From positions 30,098 through 94,097 of the forward strand of contig UPYK01000004.1 in NCBI GenBank assembly GCA_900538545.1: a stretch of DNA of 64,000 bases. Reading direction: 5' to 3'. This document shows positions 39,945-51,240 of this stretch, one piece after another. A program made the translations under genes and the position numbers. Each line of letters opens with the position of its first letter. Position 1 is the stretch's first letter. The notes below the pieces were generated by a model. It ran no database searches, was not told the origin of the DNA, and saw only the letters and a list, made by a program, of their open reading frames with translations. The stretch comes from an uncultured Eggerthella sp. (GTDB taxonomy: Bacteria > Actinomycetota > Coriobacteriia > Coriobacteriales > Eggerthellaceae).

Positions 39945-41546
39945 CTAAGCTTTTACGATGCGAGCGCCTTGCGGCGTGTCTTCGATGCGGAAACCGAGCT
40001 CGGCAAGTCCGTCACGGATCGCATCGGCAACCGCGTAGTTCTTGTTAGCGCGCGCGTTGGCACGGGCATCGAGCAACGCTGCCATCGCTGCTTTCACCGT
40101 TGCGGGATCCGCCCCATCGCCTGGCGCGAAGCCAGCGAACTCCATCGCGAGCACCATTACCTCAGCGGCGCTCTCCTCATCATCGAGCACGGTTGCTCCC
40201 GCTTCAGCTGCATCGTTTATCTCGATCGAAATGCCGAGCACATCCATGAGCTCGACCACTGCCTGTGCAGCCTTCTCGAACGTCTGAACATCCGCTTCTG
40301 TAACAGAAGCGCTTTGCTGGACATCGTTTAAGAGCGTGTTCGCATCGCTCACGAAGCTGAAGATGGCACCGAGTGCGGCAGCGGTATTGAAATCGTCGTC
40401 CATCGCTTCAGTGAACGAGTCTTTCATGTCCGCAATGAGCGTTGCGACCGCGATCGAAGTTGCAAGCGAGCCCGCATGAGCATCAGAGGCGTCGGGCGTA
40501 TGGCCGTCTCCTGCCTTCGCCTGCGATTGCTGTGCTGAACGCGCGAGCCAAAGCGCATTCGTGACGAAATTCTCCAAGCGCTCGAGCGCCGCCGCCGATT
40601 CCTGCAGACGCGCATCCGAGAAGTCGAGCGGGCTGCGGTAGTGCGTCTGCAACATGAGCATACGAAGCACTGCCGGATCGGTGGTCTCTAAGATGTCGCG
40701 CAACAGCAAGAAGTTGCCGAGCGATTTGCTCATCTTCTCGGAGTTAATCTGGAGCATGCCACCATGCATCCAGTAGTTCGCGAATGTGGTTTCAAACGCC
40801 GCTTCAGATTGCGCGCGTTCGTTCTCGTGGTGCGGGAAACACAGATCCGCGCCGCCGCCATGGATGTCGAAGGGCAGATGAAGATACTTCTCAGACATGG
40901 CCGAGCATTCGATGTGCCAACCAGGACGGCCTTCGCCCCACGGAGAAGACCAGCTCGGCTCACCCGGCTTCGCTGTCTTCCAAAGCGCGAAATCGAGCGG
41001 ATCGCGCTTGCGGTCTTCCAAGCCTTGGCCATCGGCGCGCAGTTCGCGATGACCCGATTCCATCTCGTCCACATTGCGATTCGAGAGTTCGCCATACGCT
41101 GAATAGGAACGCACGGCGAAGTACACATCGCCATCGACCTCATACGCATGGCCTTTGTCGATCAGGCGTTGCACGAGCTTGATCATCGTGTCGATCTCTT
41201 CGGTAGCCTTCGGACGGATATCGGGGTCCTGCACGCCGGCTGCATGCATGTCGGCGATGAAAGCGTCGGTATATTCTTCGGCGACCTCGGCAGCCGTTCG
41301 ACCTTCCTCGAGCGCCTTGTTGATGATCTTGTCGTCCACGTCGGTCACATTCTGCACAAAGGTAACTTCGAACCCGCGCCACGTGAGGTAGCGCCGGATG
41401 GTGTCGAACGAGATGAACGTGCGCGCATTGCCGATATGGATGTAGTTGTACACGGTCGGGCCGCACACATACATGCCCACTTTGCCCTCGTTCACGGGAA
41501 CGAACTCGCGCTTGGTGCGCGTTTTAGTGTCGTAGATCTTGATCAT
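39945..41546 (-). CDS. cysS: cysteine--tRNA ligase
   Basis: Class I HIGH motif ([17 protein letters not shown]) and KMSKS. Start at the ATG at 41546 (MIKIYDT). Ala-rich C-terminal tail. Confidence 0.9.
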   Translation of the reverse strand: MIKIYDTKTRTKREFVPVNEGKVGMYVCGPTVYNYIHIGNARTFISFDTIRRYLTWRGFEVTFVQNVTDVDDKIINKALEEGRTAAEVAEEYTDAFIADMHAAGVQDPDIRPKATEEIDTMIKLVQRLIDKGHAYEVDGDVYFAVRSYSAYGELSNRNVDEMESGHRELRADGQGLEDRKRDPLDFALWKTAKPGEPSWSSPWGEGRPGWHIECSAMSEKYLHLPFDIHGGGADLCFPHHENERAQSEAAFETTFANYWMHGGMLQINSEKMSKSLGNFLLLRDILETTDPAVLRMLMLQTHYRSPLDFSDARLQESAAALERLENFVTNALWLARSAQQSQAKAGDGHTPDASDAHAGSLATSIAVATLIADMKDSFTEAMDDDFNTAAALGAIFSFVSDANTLLNDVQQSASVTEADVQTFEKAAQAVVELMDVLGISIEINDAAEAGATVLDDEESAAEVMVLAMEFAGFAPGDGADPATVKAAMAALLDARANARANKNYAVADAIRDGLAELGFRIEDTPQGARIVKA

Positions 41547-41642
41547 GGTGTTCCTATCTTGATGGTATCGGTGGTACTGGTCGTGATGATCGGCTTCAAC
41601 GGGACCCATCGTCAGCTTCGATGATAAGCGCGGTATGAAGCG

Positions 41643-42515
41643 TTACTGGTCTTGATCGATCTGATCGGCTTCTTGTTGCGCCGCACGCTCTGCCTGCTTG
41701 TCGAGCGCTTGCTGTTTCACCGCGAAGGCTTCGAGCTCATCGACGCGCTTGTAGAGATTGCGGATCGCACGTTCTACGGGATCAGGCAGGTCTTCGAGGC
41801 GTTCGCCCTGACAATCCCCGTTGTTGAGGAAGTAATCCTTGTGATCGGCGCGAATGGGAGGCAGCGTTGCTTCTCGCTGAGCATCAGGTGAACTTACGCT
41901 TGGCTCTTCAGCAGGAGACGATGGAATCTTCGCCGCCGCTGCTTTCTGCAGGTCGATCTCCTTGTCCTTCGCTGCACTCTTTGATGTTGAAACGCCATCG
42001 CGCACAACGATATGCCCGGGAACGCCTACCACGGTACAATTCGGCGGTACGTCCTTCACCACTACCGAGCCACCGCCGATCTTCGAGTTATCGCCGATGG
42101 TGATCGAACCGAGCACCGCAGCGCCCACACCCACCATCACGTTGTTGCCAAGGGTCGGATGGCGCTTGCCGGTTTCCTTGCCAGTGCCGCCCAGCGTGAC
42201 ATTCTGGTAGAGCACGCAATCATCGCCGATGATGGTGGTCTCGCCGATGATCACGCCCATCGCATGGTCAATGAAGAAACGGCGGCCGATCTGCGCGCCC
42301 GGGTGAATCTCAACACCCGTCCAAAAACGTGCGCACTGCGAAAGATAGCGCGCCAATCCGCGCAGGCCCTTCTTCCAGAGCCAGTGGTTGATCACGTGCG
42401 CCCAGCGTGCTTGAAGGCCGGGATAGGTGAGCCATATGAGGAACTTCGAAGGCGCCGCTGGGTCGGTTGCCTGAACGGTGCGAATGTCTTCTGCCATTGT
42501 TGAGAATATATTCAT
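41643..42515 (-). CDS. cysE: serine O-acetyltransferase with C-terminal coiled-coil/low-complexity extension
   Basis: SAT N-terminal region and hexapeptide repeats ([26 protein letters not shown]). Start at the ATG at 42515 with a GAAGGA RBS. ~100 aa Ala/Glu/Gln-rich tail. Confidence 0.85.
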   Translation of the reverse strand: MNIFSTMAEDIRTVQATDPAAPSKFLIWLTYPGLQARWAHVINHWLWKKGLRGLARYLSQCARFWTGVEIHPGAQIGRRFFIDHAMGVIIGETTIIGDDCVLYQNVTLGGTGKETGKRHPTLGNNVMVGVGAAVLGSITIGDNSKIGGGSVVVKDVPPNCTVVGVPGHIVVRDGVSTSKSAAKDKEIDLQKAAAAKIPSSPAEEPSVSSPDAQREATLPPIRADHKDYFLNNGDCQGERLEDLPDPVERAIRNLYKRVDELEAFAVKQQALDKQAERAAQQEADQIDQDQ

Positions 42516-42524
42516 GGGATTCAA

Positions 42525-42751
42525 TCCTTCTTGTCTTGCGAAATAGTACCATGTTTAGCTTGCATGGTGCGGGTAACGTTAAGAGCGTTACTCAGAAGCG
42601 AGATGGGCAGGTTGTGTAGGACGAGCCGACATCGAGCCAAAGCACTCCGAGAAATCCACTTTTGCAATCATTGTCTTTGCAAAAGTTAGTTCGAGGGCGC
42701 GACGCTATGAGGCGAGCCTGCACAATGTGCCCGTCTCGCTTCGTAGCAGCC
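42525..42751 (-). promoter_or_regulatory. ~230-nt leader between ispF and cysE, possible regulatory RNA
   Basis: Intergenic region in the ispD-ispF-cysE-cysS co-oriented cluster. No canonical T-box sequence was found by eye. Confidence 0.2.
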
Positions 42752-43306
42752 CTAACAACATCGACAGACAAGAGCGACGGCCTCAGCCGAGATGCCTTCT
42801 TCGCGGCCTTCGAAGCCGAGACGTTCGGTGGTGGTGGCTTTTACGCCGATATTTTCCGTTGCAATGCCGCATGCACGTGCGATGTTCTCGCGCATCGCCT
42901 CGCGATACGGAGAAAGCTTCGGGGCTTGCGCAGCGATAACGCAATCAATATCGAGGATCTCGAAGCCTTCTTCACGAAGCAGATTAGCAGCTGCTTCGAG
43001 CAGCTTGAGCGAATCGGCATCTTTATAGGCTGGATCGGTGTCGGGAAAATGCTTGCCGATATCCCCCAGGCGCGCAGCACCCAAAAGAGCATCGGCTATT
43101 GCATGGAGCAGCACATCGGCATCCGAATGGCCATCGAGGCCTTGGTGATGCGGAATATCCACTCCACCCAAAATAAGCTTGCGGTTGGGGGCAAAGGCGT
43201 GAACATCCATGCCGAACCCTACGCGCAGCTTGCGCAGCGCAGCCATCTCGGGGCTTGGGTTGGGAATGTTCGCCATGTCGGGAGCGTTCATATTCATCAG
43301 CGACAC
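42752..43306 (-). CDS. ispF: 2-C-methyl-D-erythritol 2,4-cyclodiphosphate synthase
   Basis: GFGMDVHAF...[18 protein letters not shown] IspF signature. The start is uncertain (GTG at 43306 or a nearby ATG) and is likely translationally coupled to ispD. Confidence 0.85.
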   Translation of the reverse strand: MSLMNMNAPDMANIPNPSPEMAALRKLRVGFGMDVHAFAPNRKLILGGVDIPHHQGLDGHSDADVLLHAIADALLGAARLGDIGKHFPDTDPAYKDADSLKLLEAAANLLREEGFEILDIDCVIAAQAPKLSPYREAMRENIARACGIATENIGVKATTTERLGFEGREEGISAEAVALVCRCC

Positions 43307-44149
43307 CTACTCGACACCTTCGCGCAGCGCCTGGCGCACCGCCGCTGAGATGATGAGATAGTCTTCGGGCACCGTGAGCTTGATGTTGTCGCGCTTGCCT
43401 TCGACCACCATCACGCGACCGCCCAAACGTTCGATGAGCGATGAATCATCCGTGCCCACGAAGCCATCGGAAAGCGCCGCCGCATGCGCACGACGATAGA
43501 TGCCCGCACGGAAGATCTGCGGAGTTTGCGCGTTCCAAAACACCGAACGATCGGGCGTTCCTTGGATGATGCCGTTCTCGACGATCTTGAGCGTGTCGAT
43601 GGAAGGATGGCCGACCACTGCGCCATCGCAATCGATGTTGCCCTTGAGCACGCTGATCGTATGGTCGACCAATTCACGCGAGATGAGCGGACGCGCACCG
43701 TCGTGCAGCATGACGTACTCGAAGTCATCTGGCACGAGCTCCAAGCCGGAAAATGCCGATTCCTGACGCGTGGCACCTGCAGGGGCCATGACGATAGGGG
43801 TAGCGAACGGAAAGGGATCGATCGCTTTCAAGAGGTATTCGCTCGTACGCTCTTCGGGGCAAACGACCACGATGAGCCCCACATCACCCACACTGTCGAA
43901 CACTTCAGCTGAGCGCGTGAGAATAGGCTTGCCTGCAATCTCAACGAGCTGCTTGCCGCCTTCGTGACCGAATCGCTCGCCGCTGCCGCCCGCCAAGATG
44001 ATGACCGCGGTCTGCGCGCCTTCATTCACCTTTCCCTGCAACTGCATCTGCTCACGCAAGGAACCGAAGGTGTCATCGTCGCGCATCTTGCTCAAGATAC
44101 CGTTGAGAGCCGAAGGGGCGAAGATGGGATCGATCGTTTGCTCTGGCAT
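43307..44149 (-). CDS. ispD: 2-C-methyl-D-erythritol 4-phosphate cytidylyltransferase
   Basis: [14 protein letters not shown] and the IspD fold. ~45-aa N-terminal extension. Start supported by an AAGAGG RBS. Confidence 0.85.
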   Translation of the reverse strand: MPEQTIDPIFAPSALNGILSKMRDDDTFGSLREQMQLQGKVNEGAQTAVIILAGGSGERFGHEGGKQLVEIAGKPILTRSAEVFDSVGDVGLIVVVCPEERTSEYLLKAIDPFPFATPIVMAPAGATRQESAFSGLELVPDDFEYVMLHDGARPLISRELVDHTISVLKGNIDCDGAVVGHPSIDTLKIVENGIIQGTPDRSVFWNAQTPQIFRAGIYRRAHAAALSDGFVGTDDSSLIERLGGRVMVVEGKRDNIKLTVPEDYLIISAAVRQALREGVE

Positions 44150-44176
44150 AGAGAACCTCTTATCAAGAAAGCTGCC

Positions 44177-44217
44177 TTATGCAGCAATAATTCAACAAAA
44201 TTGATTTTACTGCATAA
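44177..44217. promoter_or_regulatory. inverted repeat TTATGCAGCAA-N19-TTACTGCATAA upstream of ispD
   Basis: 11-bp arms with one mismatch, centred ~50 nt upstream of the ispD start. Candidate operator. Confidence 0.3.
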
Positions 44218-44249
44218 ACGCTCTTCATTGAAGCAAACGAATGATCCCA

Positions 44250-44288
44250 TAGGGAAAGAAAGAGGCTTGCCCGCAAGGACAAGCCTCT
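44250..44288 (-). terminator. candidate terminator downstream of clpC
   Basis: Perfect 9-bp stem (AGAGGCTTG...CAAGCCTCT) followed on the minus strand by a short U-rich run. Confidence 0.4.
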
Positions 44289-44312
44289 TGTCAGCGGTCT
44301 TGAACGACTGGA

Positions 44313-46889
44313 TTAGTCGGCAGCGGAATCTCCTGACGAGCCTCCGCGACCTGAGCCGCTGTAGGTGAGCCCTGCGCGCCCAAGATCGTAGTTGCTCAAG
44401 ATGAGCTCCGCTTCTTGCGCGATAGTATCACGCTTGCGCGGTGCCGGAATCGAACCCGTACCCTGGTTGAACACGAGCTTCTCGTCTTCCACATCGACAT
44501 CGATGACCGAGCCACTCGTCCATTTGCCTTCCAGGATCTGCTCGGAGATCGGATCCTCGAGCAGGCGCTGGATCGCGCGGCGCAACGGACGGGCACCGAA
44601 GGAAAGGTCGGTTCCTTCCTTGGCAATGAGACGATTCGCAGCATCGGACATATTGATGGTCATGTTCTGCTCGATCAGGCGATCGCGAAGATCAGCCACC
44701 ATGAGGTTCACGATCTCGACGATCTCGTCTTCCGTGAGCGACTTGAACACGATGATCTCATCGATACGGTTCAAGAACTCAGGACGGAACAAGCGCTTGA
44801 CCTCGCTCATGACGCGGGTCTTGATCTCGTCATCGTTAAGGCCGGTTGCTCCACTGGAAGAGAATCCGAGCGGTGCCGTAGTGGTGATCTCACGTGCGCC
44901 CACATTCGAAGTCATGATGATGACCGTATTGCGGAAGTCGACCATGCGTCCTTGCGCATCGGTCAAGCGACCTTCCTCCAAGATCTGGAGCAAGATGTTG
45001 AAGACATCAGGATGCGCCTTCTCGATCTCATCGAAGAGCACGACCGAATAGGGACGCTGGCGCACCGCGGTGGTAAGCTGGCCACCCTCGTCGTAGCCTA
45101 CGTATCCCGGAGGCGAACCGATCAGGCGCGACACCGTATGCTTCTCCATGTATTCCGACATGTCGAAGGAGATGAGCGCATCCTGCGAATTGAACAGGAA
45201 TTCTGCAAGCGTTTTCGAGAGCTCGGTCTTACCCACGCCCGAAGGGCCGAGGAAGATGAACGAGCCTGCCGGGCGCTTTGGATCCTTGAGCCCGGAACGG
45301 CTGCGACGAATAGCCTTCGAAAGCGCCGTTACTGCCTCTTCTTGGCCGATCACGCGCTCATGCAGCACGGATTCCATGCGCAAAAGCTTTTCGGTCTCGG
45401 CTTCGGTGAGGTTGGAAACGGGCACGCCGGTAGTCATCGAAACCACATCGGCAATATCTTCCACGCCGATCTCGTTAACGATCTTCTCCGTCTTGTCTTC
45501 CCACTCTACCTGGGCCTTCTTGCGCTCTTCGCGCACCTTGGCCTCGCGATCGCGCACCTCGGCGGCGCGTTCGAAATCCTGGTCGGCGATAGCGGCGTCC
45601 TTTTCCGCCCGTAACGCACGAAGTTTGTCATCGAGCTCCTGGATCTCGTCGGGCAGCACCATATTGCGAATGCGCATGCGTGCGCCCGCTTCGTCGATCA
45701 CGTCGATGGCCTTATCAGGCAAGAAACGATCTTGGATATAGCGATCGGAAAGCGAAACTGCCGCCTGCAGCGCCTCATCGGAGAAGTGCACGTGATGATG
45801 CTCTTCATACTTATCGCGCAAGCCTTCCATGATGCGAACGGCCTGCTCTTCATTGGGCTCTTTGACAACGAGCGTTTGGAACCTGCGCTCGAGCGCCGAA
45901 TCCTTTTCCAGATGCTTGCGATATTCATCGAGCGTGGTAGCCCCGATAATCTGGATCTCGCCACGCGACAGAGGCGGCTTCAGGATCGCAGCCGCGTCCA
46001 TCGAACCTTCGGCTGCACCCGCACCAATGATGGTGTGAAGCTCGTCGATGAACAGGATGATATCGTCCGCCTGCTCAACTTCCTTGATGCACTTCTTCAA
46101 GCGCTCCTCGAATTCGCCGCGATACTTCGAACCAGCAACGAGCGCCGAAACATCCAGCGTGACCAAACGCCTATTACGCAAGATATCGGGCACTTGATCG
46201 GCCACGATGAGCTGCGCAAGCCCCTCGACCACTGCCGTTTTGCCCACACCCGGCTCGCCCAAGAGCAGCGGATTGTTCTTCTGGCGACGGCACAGGATCT
46301 GCATCATGCGCTCGATCTCGCCTGCACGCCCGATAACCGGGTCGAGCTTCCCATCGGCTGCTTTCTTCGTAAGGTCAACGCTGAATTCCTTCAGCACGCT
46401 ATCCGAAGAGGATGCCTGCGGATCGAACTGCTGGCCAGCGAAGACCGAAGACTGCCCCACCAGATCGTTGAGCGCCGCACGCAGGTCATCCCCTGAAACG
46501 CCCATGCGCTCGAGCACCTCTATTGCGGTGCCTTCGTTTTCGCGGATGATACCGAGCAGAAGATGCTCAGTGGAAATATAGCTTTGCCCCATCTGCATGG
46601 CCTCACGCAGAGAATTCTCCAACACCCGCTTAACGCGTGGCGTGAAGCTCAAATGCCCGGACACATCGGTGGATTCATCGATCGTAACGATACGACGGAT
46701 GGCCGCCACCGTGGCCTCGTAATGCACCCCCAGGCGCTCCAGGGCCTGAGCTGCCAGACCATCTTCTTCCTTGAGTAAAGCCAAGAGCACGTGCTCAGTG
46801 CCAACGTAGGGCTGATGAAGCCCGCGGGCTTCCTCCTGCGCCAAAACCAGCACTTTGCGCGCCTTGTCAGTGAACTTGTCGAACGACAT
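44313..46889 (-). CDS. clpC: ATP-dependent Clp protease ATP-binding subunit ClpC
   Basis: Clp N-terminal repeats, two AAA+ modules with Walker A GEPGVGKT and GPSGVGKT, and a UVR-like linker. AAGGAGG RBS. Confidence 0.9.
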   Translation of the reverse strand: MSFDKFTDKARKVLVLAQEEARGLHQPYVGTEHVLLALLKEEDGLAAQALERLGVHYEATVAAIRRIVTIDESTDVSGHLSFTPRVKRVLENSLREAMQMGQSYISTEHLLLGIIRENEGTAIEVLERMGVSGDDLRAALNDLVGQSSVFAGQQFDPQASSSDSVLKEFSVDLTKKAADGKLDPVIGRAGEIERMMQILCRRQKNNPLLLGEPGVGKTAVVEGLAQLIVADQVPDILRNRRLVTLDVSALVAGSKYRGEFEERLKKCIKEVEQADDIILFIDELHTIIGAGAAEGSMDAAAILKPPLSRGEIQIIGATTLDEYRKHLEKDSALERRFQTLVVKEPNEEQAVRIMEGLRDKYEEHHHVHFSDEALQAAVSLSDRYIQDRFLPDKAIDVIDEAGARMRIRNMVLPDEIQELDDKLRALRAEKDAAIADQDFERAAEVRDREAKVREERKKAQVEWEDKTEKIVNEIGVEDIADVVSMTTGVPVSNLTEAETEKLLRMESVLHERVIGQEEAVTALSKAIRRSRSGLKDPKRPAGSFIFLGPSGVGKTELSKTLAEFLFNSQDALISFDMSEYMEKHTVSRLIGSPPGYVGYDEGGQLTTAVRQRPYSVVLFDEIEKAHPDVFNILLQILEEGRLTDAQGRMVDFRNTVIIMTSNVGAREITTTAPLGFSSSGATGLNDDEIKTRVMSEVKRLFRPEFLNRIDEIIVFKSLTEDEIVEIVNLMVADLRDRLIEQNMTINMSDAANRLIAKEGTDLSFGARPLRRAIQRLLEDPISEQILEGKWTSGSVIDVDVEDEKLVFNQGTGSIPAPRKRDTIAQEAELILSNYDLGRAGLTYSGSGRGGSSGDSAAD

Positions 46890-46909
46890 TTACGCGCCAC
46901 CTCCTTTTG

Positions 46910-48421
46910 TTACTTGGCTTCGTCGCGCATATGGGGGAACAGTAATACATCGCGGATCGTTGCTGAATTCGTAAGAAGCATGGTGAGGCGATCTATTCCA
47001 ATGCCCACACCGCCAGCGGGAGGCATTCCGTATTCCAAAGCGCGCACGTAGTCATCGTCGAATCCCATTGCCTCATCGTCGCCCATGTCCTTAGCAGCAA
47101 GCTGCGCTCGGAATCGCTCCGCTTGATCAACGGGATCATTTAGTTCATTAAAAGCATTAGCATATTCATGGCCGGAAATAAACAGTTCGAAGCGGTCAGC
47201 TACTTCATCTTCACCAATTTTCCTTTTTGCGAGCGGCGAAACCTCGATCGGATGGTCGGTGACGAAGATGGGCTGAATGAGCGTCTCTTCGACGCATTCC
47301 TCGAAGAGTTCGGAAATGATCTTGCCCGTGCCCCACCCTTCTTCGACATGAACGCCGTGCTTGTCTGCCACGGTGGCAGCTTCTTCGCGCGTCATGGCGA
47401 AGCTGATGTTCTCGCCCGTGACCTCATTCACGAGCTCGACCATGCTCGCCCGTCTCCATTCGCCACCAAGATGAATGGTCGTGCCCTGATATTCCACATC
47501 GAGCGTGCCGCAAGCCGCCATAGCCGCTGCTTGCACGAAGCCTTGCGTGAGCTCCATCATGCCCTCAAGATCGGAGAAAGCCTGGTAGGCTTCCATCGTG
47601 GTGAACTCGGGGTTGTGATACGGGTCCATGCCCTCGTTGCGGAACTGGCGGCCGATCTCGAAGACCTTCTCGAAACCGCCCACGAGCAAGCGCTTCAGAG
47701 GAAGCTCGGTTGCGATGCGCAGGAAGTAATCGCGATCGAGCGCGTTGAAATGCGTGGTGAAGGGCTTCGCGTTCGCGCCGCCCATGATCGAATGCAGGAA
47801 GGGCGTTTCGACCTCGTAGAAGCCCTGCTCTTCCATGTAATGGCGAATAGCCGAGATGATCTTCGAGCGCTTCACGAAGGTCTCGTGTACCTCGGGGTTC
47901 ACGATCAGATCGACATAACGCTGGCGATAACGCAGTTCCTTGTCGGCAAGGCCGTGGAACTTCTCCGGCAGGGGGCGCAGCGATTTCGAGAGCAGTTCGT
48001 AGGAATCGACCGCCACGGAAAGCTGGCCGCGACGCGTACGCATCATAAGGCCGGACACGCCGATCCAATCGCCCACGTCCAGATCCTTCATAGCCGCGAA
48101 GGCTTCTTCACCCAGCGCATTGATGCGGCAGAACAACTGGATCGAGCCGGTGGAATCGCGCAGCTCCATGAAGATGATCTTGCCCTGATCGCGCTTGGCC
48201 ATCACGCGACCAGCCACCTCTACGCGATCTTCGGTGTTCTCGCCATCTTCAAGACCAGCGTATTTTTCGTCGAGGTCGATGATGTGATGCGAATAGGCAA
48301 ACGCATGACCGTAGGGGTTCTCACCCGCCGCAATGAGCGCCTCGCGCTTGGCATGTCGCACCAGGATCGGATCGTCTTCGGGTGTTTCAGGTGTTGCGTT
48401 TTGAGTGGTGTTCTCGCTCAT
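46910..48421 (-). CDS. lysS: lysine--tRNA ligase
   Basis: Class II aaRS with an N-terminal OB fold and motifs 1-3. ~503 aa. Confidence 0.95.
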   Translation of the reverse strand: MSENTTQNATPETPEDDPILVRHAKREALIAAGENPYGHAFAYSHHIIDLDEKYAGLEDGENTEDRVEVAGRVMAKRDQGKIIFMELRDSTGSIQLFCRINALGEEAFAAMKDLDVGDWIGVSGLMMRTRRGQLSVAVDSYELLSKSLRPLPEKFHGLADKELRYRQRYVDLIVNPEVHETFVKRSKIISAIRHYMEEQGFYEVETPFLHSIMGGANAKPFTTHFNALDRDYFLRIATELPLKRLLVGGFEKVFEIGRQFRNEGMDPYHNPEFTTMEAYQAFSDLEGMMELTQGFVQAAAMAACGTLDVEYQGTTIHLGGEWRRASMVELVNEVTGENISFAMTREEAATVADKHGVHVEEGWGTGKIISELFEECVEETLIQPIFVTDHPIEVSPLAKRKIGEDEVADRFELFISGHEYANAFNELNDPVDQAERFRAQLAAKDMGDDEAMGFDDDYVRALEYGMPPAGGVGIGIDRLTMLLTNSATIRDVLLFPHMRDEAK

Positions 48422-48442
48422 CGATTGCCTTTCATTTTCTAG

Positions 48443-48472
48443 GAAAAACGCTGGTACGAAGGGTACCAGCGT
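48443..48472 (-). terminator. rho-independent terminator downstream of greA
   Basis: Perfect 10-bp stem (ACGCTGGTAC...GTACCAGCGT), followed on the minus strand by a U5 tract. Confidence 0.55.
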
Positions 48473-48534
48473 CTCGATTACAGCTGTTTCTTATGGTAGT
48501 TGAAGTTCGCCTGGCTTACAGCAGGTATGCACGC

Positions 48535-49002
48535 TTACTGCTCGATCTTCAAGACCTTGATATGGATATCGCGGCCAGTAGGACCTTGCAGGTCGATCTC
48601 GTCGCCCTTCTTGGTGCCAAGGAGCGCCGCGCCAACGGGAGACTCATTGGAGATCTTGCCAGCAGTAGAATCGCTCTCTGCCGCACCGACAATGGTGAAG
48701 ACGCGTTCGTTGCCACCCATGTCGACCGTGACCTTGCTGCCGATGTGGACCTTAGAAGATTTGGTGGGGGCGTCGACCACGGTTGCTTCGCCCAAGATGC
48801 GGGTGATCTCGGCGATGCGGCCTTCCATCATGGCCTGCTCGTTCTTTGCGTCATCATATTCGGAGTTTTCCGAGATGTCGCCAAATTCGCGGGCTACACG
48901 GATGCGCTCACCGATCTCGGCGCGCTTTTCGGTTTCGAGATAATGCAGCTCTTCTTCGAGCTTCGCTTTGCCTTCTTGGGTTAAGATGTAGTCCTTTTCC
49001 AT
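48535..49002 (-). CDS. greA: transcription elongation factor GreA
   Basis: N-terminal coiled coil (LTQEGKAKLEEELHYLE) and a C-terminal FKBP-like domain. 155 aa. Confidence 0.9.
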   Translation of the reverse strand: MEKDYILTQEGKAKLEEELHYLETEKRAEIGERIRVAREFGDISENSEYDDAKNEQAMMEGRIAEITRILGEATVVDAPTKSSKVHIGSKVTVDMGGNERVFTIVGAAESDSTAGKISNESPVGAALLGTKKGDEIDLQGPTGRDIHIKVLKIEQ

Positions 49003-49057
49003 GGAACTCCCCTTGTATTCGTTCGTTCGGTCGTTTTATGCGAGCATCGCCCGCGCA

Positions 49058-49087
49058 GAAGAAACGCGCTTGATCTGGCGCGTTTCT
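49058..49087. terminator. stem-loop between tatA and greA
   Basis: Perfect 10-bp stem (AGAAACGCGC...GCGCGTTTCT). The U-tract is weak, so this may be an attenuator or processing hairpin rather than a terminator. Confidence 0.3.
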
Positions 49088-49096
49088 CGTAAGTGT

Positions 49097-49438
49097 TTAT
49101 TCAGCCTTGTCCTTTTCCGGTTCGGTCTCTTCGAAAACGGCATCGGAAGTGGTGGTGTTCTGTTCGGCTTCTGCTTCGGCTGCAGCAACATCGGCCTTCT
49201 TCTGGCCCGGCTCAGGCTTGTCTACTACTTCAAGCTCTTCAGGCTCTTTGCCTTCAGCCTGCTTAGCAGCCTCTTCGGCTTCTTTCTTCTTCTTGCCGCC
49301 GCCGAGGCCCTCGCGCAAGTTCTTGACCGTCTTACCGATAGCGGTTCCGAGCTTGGGAAGATTTTTGGGGCCGAAGATGATAAGGATGACCACCAAGATG
49401 ATGATGATCTCGACAATACCGAAAGGTCCGATCTTCAT
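49097..49438 (-). CDS. tatA: twin-arginine translocase subunit TatA/E
   Basis: N-terminal TM helix plus amphipathic helix (FGIVEIIIILVVILIIFGPKNLPKLG), then an acidic/lysine-rich tail. Confidence 0.85.
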   Translation of the reverse strand: MKIGPFGIVEIIIILVVILIIFGPKNLPKLGTAIGKTVKNLREGLGGGKKKKEAEEAAKQAEGKEPEELEVVDKPEPGQKKADVAAAEAEAEQNTTTSDAVFEETEPEKDKAE

Positions 49439-49639
49439 GTTGTATGCACCTCCGCAGGGATTGCACGTACGTTGAGCGCGACACAGGGTGAAGCGCGGTT
49501 TATTCAGTATGAACCAAGGTATGAACTACCCTAGTGATACGCGCAGAAATTGTACCAAAAAACACATGCAGCGCTCGTACAATCCCTTTAAGCGGTTCAT
49601 GTTAGGTGGGGGTGGAGTTGCAGCCTGCGCCTGCTGCGC

Positions 49640-49900
49640 AGGCTGTCATCCCTAGGAAATAAAACGAGCCCCGTAGGGCTCGTTTGAATTTCTGGTCGGG
49701 GACAGAAGTTCATGCGCGTCAAGGCCGAGCCACTGCGTGGTTGCTTCGCAAGCCTTGACCCGCATGGCTGAAGTGCTTGAAATAGCACTTCGGTGAACCT
49801 TACGGTTCAAATCCTTGCAGGCATAGCCTGCACCAGCTGTGCTGGTGGTCATCCCTCACAAATAAAACGAGAGAGCGAATTGCTCTCTCGTTTAAATTTC
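49640..49900. repeat. hairpin-dense segment with a duplicated tRNA-Pro 3'-end and terminator unit
   Basis: Two similar ~60-nt units (49646..49710 and 49845..49913): CATCCCT, then AAATAAAACGAG-hairpin-CGTTT, then AATTTCTGGTCGGG(G/A). At least four further perfect 7-10-bp hairpins lie between them. Confidence 0.4.
49862..49895 (-). terminator. rho-independent terminator of tRNA-Pro
   Basis: Perfect 10-bp stem (ACGAGAGAGC...GCTCTCTCGT), followed on the minus strand by UUUUAUU. Confidence 0.55.
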
Positions 49901-49977
<77 letters not shown>

Positions 49978-50098
49978 ACATATGATGTGCCGTAAACGGC
50001 GTTGCCTATGGTATCACAGCCTGGTAGTGCACGGCAATAAAGCAAATCGCTCACGTACAAAGAATCCATCTGAGTGAGACTGGCACACCGGCAATCAC

Positions 50099-50128
50099 AA
50101 AAAAGGAACGGCCCTTGCGAGCCGTTCC
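50099..50128 (-). terminator. rho-independent terminator of the NlpC/P60 gene
   Basis: Perfect 8-bp stem (GGAACGGC...GCCGTTCC), followed on the minus strand by U6. Confidence 0.55.
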
Positions 50129-50157
50129 TTGATCATTTCGTATCTGCGCGGTGCGAA

Positions 50158-51240
50158 TTAGTAGCGGACATACCACATGTCGGAATGGACACCACTCACC
50201 TTCACCACATCACCCGTACGTGGAGCATGGATCATCTGGCCACCTCCGATATAGATGCCGGTGTGATGCGAGTTGATGCAAATATCACCGGGCTGCGGAT
50301 TGCTCACGCGCGTCCATCCTTGGATGGTGCCCGTGGTGCACCAGTGGCTGCCCATTTTGCCCGTGAGGCAGTAACCGACCAAGCCGGAGCAGTCGAAGCT
50401 GTTCGGACCTGCTGCACCCCAACCATAAGGCTTGCCCAACTGAGCATACGCGCGGTCAACGACAACGTTGCCCGTTACCGTCTGGGGCTTAGAGTTGTTC
50501 GCTGGCTTTGAGCTGCTTCCAGAATTGCCGCTATTGGAGCTGCCACCGTTGTTGTTATTAGCGATCGCTTGCTCAGCCGCAGCTGCTGCAGCAGCACTGC
50601 GCGCCTCTTCTTCTTGGCGCATGAGCTCTTGAACTTCAGCGTTCAGATTGTCGTAAGTTTCCTGCATCTGAGCGGTAGTAGCTTCAGCCTCGTCCTTGAT
50701 AGCCTTGGCTTCGCTCGCCTTCTGCGCTGCTACCTGCTCTTGCTGCTCGTATTCAGCCTTAGCAGCCTCTACCTTTTCGCGGGATTCCTTGGTCTTAGCA
50801 ACGAGCTCAGCATCATTCTCATTCATGGTGTTGAGGATGTTCCAGTTCGTTGCGAACTCTTCGAAGGTGGAAGCGCCCAAGATAACATCAAGGAAGGTGT
50901 TACCGCCGGTACGATACATGCTGCGCGCACGTGTTCCCAGCTCTTCCTGATAGCCCTTGATCTTCTCGGTTTCTTCCTGAATCTGGGCTTCAGCTTCAGT
51001 TACTTTTTTCTCAGCTTCGGCACGCTCTTCCTCCGCTTCGTAATAATTACTTGAAGCGGCATCAAGTGTTGCCTGCATATCGTTGAGTTTGTCGAGCGCT
51101 GCTTGTGCCTCAGCCTGTTTCGAAGACGAAGACGGCACTGCGGATGCAAGGGAGACGGGCAAAGAGAGCCCCACGGCCAGAACGACCGCCATAAATGCAA
51201 TGAGCAGCGTACGCTTCGGTGCTACATTTATATGCTTCAT
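50158..51240 (-). CDS. secreted NlpC/P60 (C40) peptidoglycan endopeptidase with N-terminal coiled-coil region
   Basis: Signal peptide, a long Ala/Glu/Gln coiled coil, a Gly/Ser/Asn linker, and a C-terminal NlpC/P60 domain (SFDCSGLVGY...H...). Confidence 0.85.
   Translation of the reverse strand: MKHINVAPKRTLLIAFMAVVLAVGLSLPVSLASAVPSSSSKQAEAQAALDKLNDMQATLDAASSNYYEAEEERAEAEKKVTEAEAQIQEETEKIKGYQEELGTRARSMYRTGGNTFLDVILGASTFEEFATNWNILNTMNENDAELVAKTKESREKVEAAKAEYEQQEQVAAQKASEAKAIKDEAEATTAQMQETYDNLNAEVQELMRQEEEARSAAAAAAAEQAIANNNNGGSSNSGNSGSSSKPANNSKPQTVTGNVVVDRAYAQLGKPYGWGAAGPNSFDCSGLVGYCLTGKMGSHWCTTGTIQGWTRVSNPQPGDICINSHHTGIYIGGGQMIHAPRTGDVVKVSGVHSDMWYVRY

Noticed and set aside
42525-42751. T-box riboswitch upstream of cysE
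   Set aside because: I searched the minus-strand leader for the T-box consensus (AAUUAGGGUGGUACCGCG) and a terminator/antiterminator pair. Only GGUACU is present, so the claim cannot be supported.
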